A stretch of DNA of 39,737 nt from Nemertoderma westbladi (Eukaryota; Animalia; Xenacoelomorpha), in the NCBI GenBank assembly GCA_032718475.1, contig JAUCBJ010008353.1, positions 1 through 39,737 on the forward strand, written 5' to 3'. Shown here piece by piece: positions 11,906 to 23,450 of the stretch; position 1 is the stretch's first letter, and each line of letters starts with the position of its first letter. A program made the translations under genes and the position numbers. Below the pieces are notes generated by a model. That model was not told where the DNA came from, did no database searches, and worked only from the letters and a program-made list of their open reading frames with translations.

Positions 11906-12696
11906 TGAATTTCCTTGATATTAATATGTCTAATATAAATGGTTCCGCATGCACCAATATGAAGTCCTAATAAATTATTAGTTTTTCTGTATTCGATATA
12001 AAGTAGGCCCTAAAGTGTTTCTGTCTCTGTCACACAGTGGTCAAGTGCAGGCATTCACAAGAACGAGCATACAGTAGCGAGTTAGTGAATATTCTCGAAT
12101 GTATCCTCAATGAGCTCAAATCTCTGTGAAACTGCGTCCTATCGAAGAACAATAAACACCGATGTTAGTCTTCTTTAAATCATGAAACTTTTAAATAATA
12201 ACCCGTGAATGTGTCGGGAAACTTAAGAAATATTTCAGATCCCATTTAAATGTCCCATTTAGATAGGGTGGGGCACTTTATCACTATTTTTGATCCAGTT
12301 TACAAAAGGTTTTTGAAAATTAGTAGGGCTATCAGTGGTCCAAAGTTAGGCTACCTACTGCATTTTTTTTCACTTTAAAGGTTCTTGCTGCATGACGTGT
12401 TCTACAGTAAATATGGATCTGGCCCGCCTAGAGTTTATTATAACATACTTTTTTCACCAAAATTAAATGATCCATTTATCGAAAATATCGGAGGATGAGG
12501 GAAAATTTTAACGCTATGAAATTTTCCGGTATCTACTGTAGTTATACAGTATTTAGTTATGCATTATTTAATCATTCTGCATGCATAAATACATTTTAAT
12601 GATTTAATATATATTGATATATATTTAATCCCCCCAAAATACCAAGCCCCATTTGCTTCACTTGCCCCCAAACAAAAACCTTTTAGAAATGTTAAT

Positions 12697-12862
12697 AATG
12701 TGGAATAACACATTTATTGCCCGGTTATCAAGTTATTTTCCCTAATATTTTACCCTCGGGCAGGAAACCCTCGGGCTACGCCCTCGGGTTATTCCTGCCC
12801 TCGGGTAAAATATACCGGAAAATAACTTGATAACCGTGCAATAAGTATTGGTATTCCACATT
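12697..12862 (-). other. ~165-bp imperfect inverted repeat (hairpin) with 3-nt loop
   Basis: aatgtggaata..ttattgc.cggttatcaagttattttcc..atattttaccctcgggcaggaa / ttcctgccctcgggtaaaatat..ggaaaataacttgataaccg.gcaataa..tattccacatt; loop at 12777-12779. Confidence 0.95.
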
Positions 12863-13489
12863 TATGAGCGGGTTTAAATATCACTTCTAATAGTGGGCTA
12901 CCTAAAAAATATCACTTTTTGCCCACGGGAAAATATCAGTGATATTCCCGCGTTGCTATGCAACTGCCTATTATCCTAGGCCTAGCTCTATTAGCAAATC
13001 AGATTGTCAGAACATACCTACCGGTACCACAACACATTTTTGTATCATTATCCATTGTCTGAAATTGAAAGTACCAGACCGGTACTGTACCCAGCCTGTA
13101 GCCAGGCAGTGGGCTGACCAGACCAAACTGCTTGGCATGGTGTAGGCTTAATACTGGTACCTGTGTGTGGTACTGTACGATTTGTTCATCACTTAATTGC
13201 TGTCCGAGCCTGAGGGATAATGCTGCGAAGCTCTGATGTTGTGGACTGGTAGCGGACTGGTAGCCCTACAGTACATATTTCGTGCTCTTTTTATTTTTAT
13301 TTATGTTTAATATGTAAGTTGGACGCTGTCTTACAGAAATGAATTTTGATTTTATTTGAATAATAATGAAGCTGGCTTTAAATAAAACTGTTGTTTTGTA
13401 ACTACAGTAAGCTAATGATTACGGTAATGTAACACGGAATCAGTATTTTTTTATATATAGGCCTAACGGAGATTTATGCGAATCCGGAA

Positions 13490-13592
13490 TGAAAATTTTC
13501 CTGGCCACCTTCCCGGACTCGAACCCACGACATTTGGAGTCAGAGACCCGAGTTCAAGGCTCTGATATAATTAAACGATTAAACTACTACAC
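13490..13592 (-). other. tRNA-derived (SINE-head-like) segment, in tandem unit 2
   Basis: Duplicate of 11800-11905 with minus-strand GGGTTCGAGTCC B box. Confidence 0.5.
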
Positions 13593-14572
13593 AATGAATT
13601 TCCTTGATATTAATATATCTATTATAAATGGTTCCGCATGCACCAATATGAAGTCGTAATAAATTATTAGTTTTTCTGTATTCGATATAAAGTAGGCCCT
13701 AAAGTGTTTCTGTCACGCAGGGGTCAAGTGCAGGCATTCACAAGAACGAGCATAGTGAGTTAGTGAATATTCTCGAATGTCTCCTCAATAAGCTCAAATC
13801 TCTGTGAAACTGCGTCCTATCGAAGAACAATAAACACCGATGTTAGTCTTTATATCATGAAACTTTTAAATAATAACCCGTGAATGTACCGGAAAACTCA
13901 AGAATTATTTCAGATCCTGGCTGACTAGGCTCCAAATGTCCCATTTAGATAGGGTGGGACACTGACTCACTATTTTGATCCAGTTTAGAATAGTTTTTAG
14001 AAAATTAGTAAGCCTATCAGTGATCCAAAGTTAGGCTACCTACTGCATTTTTTTTCACTTTAAAGGTTCTTGCTGCATGATGTGTTCTACAGTAAATATG
14101 GATCTGGCCCGCCTAGAGTTTATTAAAACATACTTTTTTCACCAAAATTTAATGATACATTTATCGAAAATATCGGAGGATGAGGGAAAATTTTAACGCT
14201 ATGAAATTTTCCGGTATCTACTGTAGTTATACAGTATTTAGTTATGCATTATTTAATCATTCTGTATGCACAAATACATTTTAATGATTTAATATATATT
14301 GATATATATTTAATCCCCCCAAAATACCAAGCCCCATTTACTTCACTTGCCCCCAAACAAAACCCTTTTAGAAATGTTAATAATGTGGAATAACACATTT
14401 ATTGCCCGTTTATCAAGTTATTTTCCCGTATATTTTACCAGTCTAGAACCAGTCTAGAATTTCAGTTCCCCCGAGAGATAAATATATTGTTTCTACTATC
14501 TACTACCAGTTCCATTTCAGGCGAATTGCATGGCTTGAGTTGAGTAATAATCACCTGAAGTTCATGCTTTCA

Positions 14573-15088
14573 CTAAAGTAGTAGACCAGTAGACGCCGGA
14601 CCATTATAGTCGCAAGGACCATGGCAACATTCCATTCTGCACATTTCACTATGGTATTTCAGTATTCCTTTCAATACATGCACATCCTTCTTTATCCATT
14701 GAGCTACCGCATCTGTGTCATCGTTGAAGCATTGCTCGCCATACTTCATTGTGTCACCATTACAGGGCATCCATTCTGACCATTCTGGTTTCACACACAA
14801 CTCGTAGTTGGATTTATACAGGACTATTTGATCAGATTCCACCTTTCCGGCCAGCGTATATGAGTAAGAGTAGCACAAGGCGCATCCTTCTACGGGCTTC
14901 GGTTCCATTCCATGCGTTGACTCATTCATATTATGTTCTAGTACGTGCTGATATTCAGGGTCATTTGATCGTATGTTTTGTGTAAGACCTTCCAAACAAG
15001 TTACTAGATCACTTTCTTGAGCATTACAAACCGTACTGGTCATACAAAATAAAGCGACATAGAGTATGAGTAACATCATCATGATCAT
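14573..15088 (-). CDS. Intronless secreted cysteine-rich protein (171 aa), Ly6/uPAR three-finger-like cysteine layout
   Basis: ORF 14573..15160; likely start at Met25 (15088) giving hydrophobic signal peptide MIMMMLLILYVALFCMTSTVCNA; mature part has 10 Cys beginning LVTC and ending CRMECCHGPCDYN; no stops or frameshifts, unlike surrounding TEs. Confidence 0.7.
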   Translation of the reverse strand: MIMMMLLILYVALFCMTSTVCNAQESDLVTCLEGLTQNIRSNDPEYQHVLEHNMNESTHGMEPKPVEGCALCYSYSYTLAGKVESDQIVLYKSNYELCVKPEWSEWMPCNGDTMKYGEQCFNDDTDAVAQWIKKDVHVLKGILKYHSEMCRMECCHGPCDYNGPASTGLLL

Positions 15089-15359
15089 ATGTTTATCGCG
15101 TTGTTGGTAGTTATTGTGATACAAAATATTGTAGTTTCCAGATGTTTGTCTATTAAACATTAATCGAATTAACCTAATGTAAATTATGATATCTTAAATC
15201 ATTCAATATAATATAACTTATAATTACTTATAGATACAAATTAAGCTGAAATTTTGGCAATAATCTCAGTTAATTTTACAAATACTCTACGTACTACATT
15301 CATAACTATATACTTTAGTAATAAATCGCATCATGGCTTCCATTGAGAGATTGATATGT

Positions 15360-16495
15360 GGAATTTAGGTTGATTATGTTCTATGCATGTCCTTAGACCA
15401 TCTTAATAAAGATGGGCTGATGGTACCATACTGGTACAAGAAGTAGAGGAAATCCAGCAAAGTACCTTACTGATCTAGATTTTGCTGATAAACTTAAGGG
15501 TACTGTCAGAATCACTAGAGGGACCCCAAAGTATCCTCTGCTCATTGGAGCAGGTTTCTTCGTGTTGGTCTTTTTGTAAACTCCAAGAAGACTATAATTT
15601 TGACAGTGAATCTTGAAGACCCTCAATAAATTTACTCACATGTTGTGCAATCCCACTTTAATTATTTATCTACCACTGCGTTGTACATTATATAGCCAAT
15701 AATCTTATTCTGTTAACACCGTATAGATTACTTCTATGCCATTAATTTTTATCTATTTTATCTAGATAGTCCACGTGATATATAAACTTTTATTTACGTT
15801 GCGCCATTTTATTGTACTATGGCGACATGCCGTAAATGCTAAATGTATGTTGCATTCTACCTTATTGTGTTGTTTAAATGTTTGAGTAATTCTTATATTT
15901 TTAAAATTTAATTTCCGCTTACATATCGTGATTTATGGGACCCTATAAGTTCTCAACTTTCTTGTTCCTGTAACTTTTATTAATAATAATAATAATAAAA
16001 ATATCTGATCGTAAGGGCATAAGCTCTGGGAATGGCTTGCTTGAGCACGTGGATGACTTCTGCTACTTAGGTTCATGGATCTGAAAGTCATGTGTAGACC
16101 TTCGGATACATAAGTACTCTTATTATGGGAGTCCATGCTGGGGTCTAACTGCAGAGGATACCAAATCTCTGTTTGGCACTTTCACAAGAATGCTGCGCCG
16201 TGTTCCTCGTGGCAAGTACAATGAACACACCTGCAATTAAACTCTATACAACATTGGAGGTGTTCCATTAGTCTCCCCTAGCTTGATGCTTGAAATGAAC
16301 CGCCTCCGATTTGCAGGACATTGCTTTCGGACCAGGAAGATCAGCCAGTACATAATCTTATGCTTCGGTTTGCTCATGGAGCGAATAAGCATGGTGGTCA
16401 GCCCATCAGTTCTTCAGACGCTTGCGTTGCAGATGCGGATAATCTCGCGAATGTCATAGGGAGTTGTGGGGTGCAACGTTTTATCGGTGCAACGT
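15360..16495 (+). pseudogene. Old, decayed RTE-family LINE fragment with an AT-rich insert (~15630-16000)
   Basis: DNA similarity to the element at 33814-36080: atgtccttagaccatc, agaagtagaggaaatccagc, actgatctagattttgctgat (TDLDFAD), gagcacgtggatgacttctgctac (EHVDDFCY), cgcctccgatttgcaggacattgctttcg (RLRFAGHCF). Confidence 0.88.
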
Positions 16496-17052
16496 CTCAT
16501 TTATTTCAGTTTTATTATTTCCAATGCCTATAGATCCTTTGGGAGTAAACCGGACATGTATGCTATCATCCGGGGATGATGCAGCTTTAATTCTGTCAGA
16601 ATGTGGGTCTTCCTGTGGTATGGTGTGTCACCTATGTGTATCTTATGCGATTCTAACATTCCACACGCGGGTAGGATGCTGCATTGTTCTCTAATGGGAA
16701 GATGTCCACCTGCCAGATGATAATTGCAATGCCTGTTTCAAGTCCCAATTTCCAAGTACAGGCATTGTTAATGTTTTGAATTGGAAGCAAGAGGGGGTCA
16801 GCGTATGTTGTAGGTGGCAGGGGTACATGCGGTGGTTATCTGACATGAATTAGAAGTCCACCTCATATCCAAATATTCGCCCATAGGGCAGCCTATCATT
16901 CTTATGGCCGTAATCCAGGTGGTTATGATTCGGTATATATAATAATGGTCAAAAGTAAAAAAAAAAAGTAAATTCCATTACCATGCAACCCAACACCTAA
17001 AGACACAGTTAAAATACACACTTACATAATGAATCTCCTGCCACGCTCTCAA

Positions 17053-17950
17053 CCGGTGTAACAGGAAAATATGCCCCCCCGGTAAATGTGCCCGGTGGGG
17101 CATATTTTCCTAGGAAAAAATGCCCCCCGGGCAAATTTCCCTAGGAAAAAATGCCCCCCCTTAGGAAATTATGCCCCCCCTGAATTATACAATAAACAAA
17201 ACTTATTACTACTAAAACTTCAGAACTTACAAAAATTATACAAAACAATAAACAGTCACTTTACCAAATGAAGGAAAGGAGCAGGTTACAGAGGCAGACC
17301 TTTCTAACCAAAACAATAAACGATCATTTAACTAATTGAGGGAAAGGAGCAGGTTACAGAGGCGGGATTTTCTAACCAAAACAATAAACAGTCACTTTAG
17401 CAAATCAGGGAAAGGAGCAGGTTATAGAGACGGGATTTTCTAACCAAAACAATAAACGATAACATTACCAATTGAGAGAAAGGAGCAGGTTACAGAGGCG
17501 GGATTTTCTAACCAAAACAATAAACAATCACTTTACCAAATCAGGGAAAGGAGCAGGATACAGACTTAAAAAAGCTTGGAGCTGCTGTTATACCAGTACT
17601 TACTACAGTAGCCTACTGACTTTGATACTTCAGTATGCTGCTCTACATCCCTTACTGCCTTACCTGCTTACCTACCGGCAGACCGGCAGACCGGTACTGT
17701 ACTATTCTTCCAACTATTACAAGTTCTGCAGTTGGTAGATTAAAAGTGGCTAGAAGCAGACCGGTATCGTACCAGTTTTCAGACTTTTGAGGGGGGCTAA
17801 TTTTCCTGAGGGGAGGCATTATTTCCTAAGGAGAAAATGCCCCCCCGGGCTAAATTTCCAAGGAAAAATTGCCCGGGGGGACATAATATCCTAGGAAATA
17901 ATGCCCCGGGGGGCATATTCTAGGGGGGGCTGATTTCCTTGTGACACCGG
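17053..17950. mobile_element. MITE / foldback element with modular TIRs, CCGG termini, probable TA target
   Basis: 5' CCGGTGTAACAGGAAAATATGCCCCCCC vs 3' GGGGGGGCTGATTTCCTTGTGACACCGG; subterminal CCTAGGAAA..ATGCCCC modules at both ends; flanks AA (left) and TA (right). Confidence 0.85.
17241..17565. repeat. 68-bp tandem repeat, ~4.7 copies, inside the MITE
   Basis: caaaacaataaac at 17241, 17309, 17377, ~17446, ~17513 each followed by gaaaggagcagg. Confidence 0.95.
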
Positions 17951-18410
17951 TACCCGTCATCCTCAAAATGATTACAGTAAAACCGAGAACACCTCAACTG
18001 TACTGTAATCCTAAGATTCAAACACAGCACTCCCATGTGGCCTATTTCATCAGCTTGTGGCTCAGCCATCAAGAAACCGACTTGGCTAGTTGCACAGATC
18101 CTAAAGCAACCCACATCCCTTATCCCTGATCAGTTGAAAAATTCTAAAATTTTTTTTGACAAAGTCTGCAGTCTACCTACCACCTTTATAACATGGGGAC
18201 CTGATCTTTCGCACTGACATCCAGTTGATGTACACCAATATACCTATTGAAGATGGGATTGAAGTTATCATGGAGTTTCTCACTGAACAGAAGGTGAACA
18301 TCAATACGTTCGGCCTCGGTCTAGCAGATTTCTATGAACTTTTTAAACTGACAACTGCGAACAACTTTATTGAGTTCAACACAATATATTACAAACAAGA
18401 AACGGGACAC

Positions 18411-19070
18411 ATGATGACCACATGGCCGCACCGTTTCGGGACTCAGGATGGGTGACCACATGGGCGCACCGTTTCGGGACTCAGGATGGGTGACCACATG
18501 GCCACTCACCATTTCAGAACCACATGCAACCACATGGCCACACCATTTTGGGACTCAGGATGGGCAACCACATGACTGCACCGTTTCGGGACTCAGGATG
18601 GGCGACCACATGGCCGCACCATTTCGGGACTCAGGATGGGCGACCACATAGCCGCACCATATCGGGACTCAGGATGGGCGACCACATGGCCGCACCGTTT
18701 CGGAACTCAGGATGGGCGACCACATAGCCGCACCATTTCAGGACTCAGGATGGGCAACCGCATGGCTGCACCGTTTCGGAACTCAGGATGGGCGACCACA
18801 TAGCCGCACCATTTCGGGACTCAGGATGGGCAACCGCATGGCTGCACCGTTTTGGAACTCAGGATGGGCGACCACATGGCCGCACCGTTTTGGAACTCAG
18901 GATGGGCGACCACATGGCTGCACCGTTTTGGGACTCAGGATGTGCGACCACATGGACGCACCATTTCGGGACTCAGAATGGGCAACAACATGGCCGCACC
19001 GTTTCGGAACCAGGATGGCCAACCACATGGCCGCACCATTTCGGAACTCAGGATGGGCATGGGCAACCAT
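18411..19070. repeat. 38-39-bp GC-rich minisatellite, ~17 copies, derived from the Penelope RT motif GLRMGDHMAAPF
   Basis: Unit GGACTCAGGATGGGCGACCACATGGCCGCACCGTTTCG; actcagg at 18441, 18479... Confidence 0.95.
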
Positions 19071-19327
19071 ATGATCGTTTGCTCAAATTTACATCCACAG
19101 AAAATAATCACAATGGCTACGCGAGTACTATCTACCCACACAATGTTGGTTCTGTTACCATGACGATGGGTGGGCCATTTGGCCCCATGGGGCTGACGAA
19201 CTCGATCAGCTTCATAGAGTATTTAAACTCCCGCCATCCAACAATAAAATATACAGTAGATAAATCATATGATGGTAACACTGACGTAACCACTAACTAT
19301 AACTGCTCCCTCCCCGCTTCATTAGTC

Positions 19328-20747
19328 TAGTGTTGAGAACTGAATCAATGTTGACTAATTTCAGTTACAGTTTCAGTATTCAAAGTTTTGCATTTCAGTT
19401 ACAGTTACAGTTTCAGTATTACAAAATTGAACATTTCAGTTTCAGTTACAGTATTGATCGTGATAAAATTCAGTTACAGTTTCAGTTATAGATTCAATAT
19501 ATATGATCTCACGTAGTAAGCAGACATTGAATTAATGTAGTCTCATCGGGGCGGCGTGCAGTGCAGTCACTCACCCAATGAGTCACTTGCCCAAAAAAAT
19601 CAAACAAATCATTTGCCAAATAAAAAAAAGATATCTGAAACTAAAAATGAGGCACTTTAATATATAATAATATAATAATTAATGTTCATTACGAAACGTC
19701 CTCTTTCTAGAGCTAATAGGTAGTTGTTGTAGGAAAGTTATATAGTATGGTAAGCAAGTATAAGTTGTTGTATGGAAAGTATGGTAATATTTTGTAACTA
19801 CAGTAATATTACTGATAGTATGTAATGAAAGTGGCATGTCACAAGATCACACTAAAGGCACCCACATTTTACTGTACATCTTGTTTCAGTGCTTGTACAG
19901 TACTGTTATCATTTATTGTTTTGGTTATAAAAGCCATGCTTCTGAATCCTGCTCATTTTCCTTAATTCGTAATTTGTTTTAGTAATCATATATTTATTGT
20001 TTTGGTTAGACCCACCTCGATAAGCTGCTCCTCTCACTTTTAAGTTTAATTGTAATTTTGTAATTTATAATGGTAAACTTTATCAAAATTTAATTTCCAG
20101 TCTGCCTCTAAGTGTGATTGTGATATTAATAGTACCGGTAACATTAATAATTCATAATGTAAAATATATATCCGTTAATAACCCTCTACCATTACGCCTA
20201 ACTTTTCTTTGTTTATCTAAAACATTTAAATTCAATATGAAGCAAAAGTGGTGATAAGGTCTGATAATAGTGTAATAGTTGAGTCCGATGAACATAGACT
20301 ATATGCTAGATCTTCGTTCACTACTTGACTCGCCAAATAAATCACATTTGAGCTACGTGGGCAATGGGTCTTTTTTTTTATTGTGTAATATTTTTTTTTG
20401 TTCAGAAGTGGAAATAATTAGATTGTTTTTTATAACAATGTTTTAAAAATGATACCTATGGTAACCACTGTTATTCATTTATTAAACTATACTCTAGTCT
20501 ATACTATTACAATACTGTTTTAAATGATCATTCATGTTAATTGTGTGATTGAGAACTGAATCTATTTTTGTTAATTTCAGTTTCAGTTACAGTATTCAAA
20601 ATTCCTAATTACAGTTTTAGTTACAGTTACAGTATTCAAAATTCGCAATTACAGTTACAGTTATAGTTACAGTATCAAAAAAATCATCAAAATCATTCAG
20701 TTACAGTTGCAGTTACAGTATAATTACAGTTACAGTTCTCAACACTA
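19328..20747. mobile_element. hAT-like non-autonomous DNA transposon
   Basis: Perfect 15-bp TIR TAGTGTTGAGAACTG ... CAGTTCTCAACACTA; flanks ttcatta(gt)c / ttcattac resemble a damaged 8-bp TSD; subterminal (TTACAG/TTTCAG)n arrays at both ends. Confidence 0.8.
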
Positions 20748-22685
20748 TTCATTACGTATGAGCACTGCACGCAATGCATTACAACGACCATCAGGAATAG
20801 TACCACAGTTGAGTCACAACAAAGTGGCCTTAATAAGATACAAATCATATTAGCTGGCAATGAAAGGCCACACAAAGTCATCAAAAAATTAGCCGCACAA
20901 GCACTTAACCCATGCACCAAACAAGTCAGCACACCACAATGTGTTCCTTTCATAGTCCCTTACTTTTATGAAGCCCTATTACGAAAGGTCAAGGAAGTGG
21001 TCAAACAATCGGGACTCGGCAGAATCACGCGGGTCGTTCCATCCACTGGGCCAAAACTTAATATCCCCATGAGATTTTCCATAAACCCTCCAGGTTGCCC
21101 AGCAACCAAGAACATCACTACTGGCTACACTTGGGCCCATGGCATTACGAACTGCACGACCAAAATAGTTATTTATCTCATTGAATGTAACCTGTGCACA
21201 GATAGTTGTATTGGGGAAACAAAGTATCCCATTAGAGGCAGGACCTCTCAGCACTACAACGCAATACGCAAAATCCCGACACCCAATCCAGATATGATAC
21301 TAAAAAATCCCCTTGCTCCCCACTTCCACAATGGACACTCCAATAACACACCCAGATCCCTTCCGCGTTAAAATGTTGGCATGCGGGAAAGATTGGGCCA
21401 ACTGAAAAGACATTCATTAGACATTCAAAAACATTCAAGGATGTGCTCGGCAATCAACGTACAGTACCCCCAACCTTTTGATAGGGGTTGGTAATGTAAA
21501 TATTTCCTCTAACAAATATGCTAGCTCTATGGGAAGTAGATAGTGATCTAACATCATAATTTTAAAACATAAACTTTTTTAGAAAACATTTTACGTATAT
21601 TCCAATATATACGTCATGCAATACGTTATGCAATATAATTACATATGTTTCAAGGTTCCATGACCTGAATCTCATACAATCAAAAGTTATGTCCATTTTT
21701 CGATGGAATTTTTCGTGCTGGTCAGGGTATTCAAAATTTGACACAAATTTGGAAATATATTTATTTTCCTCAATTTGTTTTAAGATTTACCCATCTAGAG
21801 CAGAATTTTATGTAGAGTCCATAAATCCATATCCCATTCCCTTCAAAACTTATAATCATCAATATGGATACATACGCTAATTTCGGTTGTGAAGTTGTGA
21901 CATTTACACTGTTCGAAATATCGCGACTCATAGTTTACTTAGGTATACGTTTCTCTAAATCTAGAAATCCGATTGCCATGAAAATTTAACCCCTTATACA
22001 TAATTTCCGTCTCTATCAAACAGTCACCTGAATATTGGAAGTTTTGTATACCTATGTTAAATGGGGACAGATTAGAAAATAATTAAAACTGATTTTGGCA
22101 TCAAGAAATCTGAAGTTGCCCATAATAAAACACAATGATATTTAAACAGCCACAGGGGATAAACCTGTTAATAAATAGTTGTGACAGATTGTGACTATCG
22201 TATGTAGACGGATTAAGTTATATATGGCGCTTTCCCTCAAAGCGTAGAGCAATAAAAAATTTTATTTGTAAGTAATGCATACTTAGGTCTAATAAACCAT
22301 ATGGTATAACGTTCAAGTTACGAATGAAAAGACAAGAAAGTTAACCAAGTTTCAATATCAAACAATAATGTAGTGCATAATGCGCTAGAAAATATTCAAA
22401 ACGATTAATAAACTATATTATATAATATACTATTTGAATGCAATACCAGATGCACCGCTAAATGTCACACCACACTTAGGTACTAAAGAAGGGGTTAGTT
22501 GCTGTTGGACTGCATACTTTCAGGTTTAATTCCCCCCCCCCCCCCCTCACTCTTGAACGGCTGGTGACGTTTCTGTATGTTGGTTAATAAAATGCGGATA
22601 AATTTGAATTAATCGAATTTAAAGGTTAATAATAATGACATGTAGGGGCTGGTAATACTTTCTCTCAGACATAAGCAAAGCAAAG

Positions 22686-23030
22686 CACATCTCCAACCAG
22701 ACACTATATAACATTGGAGGTGTCTCATTGGTTCCCCCAAGCTTGACACTAGAACAAAATCGCCTCCGCTTTGCAGGACATTGCTTTCGCCGTGAGGACC
22801 AGCCAGTGCATAATCTTGTACTTTGGCAGCCTCATGGAGTGAATAAGCATGGTGGACAGCCCATGACTTTCTTGAGACGCATCTTAAAGGACACTGGCCT
22901 TAAAGATGCGGATGATCTAGCAAATGTCATGGGTGATAGGGAGTTGTGGCGGTGCAATTTTGTTGACAAGCCGGCACAGCATTCTTAAAAATACAGCTGC
23001 AATGCAGCATGCCGATCCTAGTAGTAGTAG
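22686..23030 (+). mobile_element. 5'-truncated RTE LINE copy (3' ~345 bp) with (TAG)n tail
   Basis: Nearly identical to the reverse complement of ~33814-34155; ends gccgatcc(tag)4; flanked by agcaaagc on both sides (probable TSD). Confidence 0.93.
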
Positions 23031-23360
23031 CAAAGCTGTTCAATGGGGAGGGACCCAGCAGATTGAGATTGTTTGATAGGCTTCCATTTGTCTACGTCTA
23101 GAGTTATATTTTGTACTAGTTCGGTATTGGAGAAAAATGTAAAAAGTCTGTTTTTTTCGGGACTTAATTTTCTTTAAACTTTATATTATTACTTAAGCTC
23201 ATAAGTGCGATTGGGCGACAAGCATAGCTTATGATGGCCCTCTCGCTCTGGAAGATATAAACAAATTTATTGCACTGACAGGAAGGACACAGACAAATAG
23301 AAATAATACGATATAAGTAAACAACTAAAATCCAAGCACCACACCACTCAAAATGGATCA

Positions 23361-23450
23361 ACACAAACGCACCCACACACCGAACCCACATGCACACACA
23401 CTTCCACGCACCCACACACCGAACCCACACGCACACACACTTCCACGCAT
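23361..23450. repeat. 39-bp CA-rich tandem repeat, ~2 copies
   Basis: acgcacccacacaccgaacccaca.gcacacacacttcc repeated. Confidence 0.85.

Larger units (their letters stand above)
11094..14439. mobile_element. Head-to-tail tandem of a ~1.7-kb non-coding unit separated by a long hairpin; probable non-autonomous element (Crypton-like or rolling-circle type, uncertain)
   Basis: tatgagcggg at ~11131 and ~12863; ttatcaagttattttcc at ~12725 and ~14410; units colinear with small indels; no long ORF. Confidence 0.65.
17953..21480 (+). pseudogene. Decayed Penelope-like retroelement (RT plus GIY-YIG endonuclease), interrupted by a minisatellite and a hAT-like MITE
   Basis: Across frames: PRTPQLYCNPKI, PISSACGS, MYTNIP.EDG, NNFIEFN..YYKQETG, GLRMG.HMAAPF, WFCYHDDGWAIW, FIEYLNSRHPTIKYT, and CTTKIVIYLIECNLC...IGETKYPIRGR..QH (GIY-YIG) in 20997..21371. 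Confidence 0.9.

Noticed and set aside
16500-16935. Coding fragment in a higher-GC patch
   Set aside because: Frames examined contain stops and no recognisable motif
18448-19330. Overlapping ORFs in the 38-bp array
   Set aside because: Repeat translation cycling through three frames
21490-22680. Additional non-autonomous DNA element or Helentron fragment
   Set aside because: Repeat-like composition but no termini or internal repeats I could demonstrate
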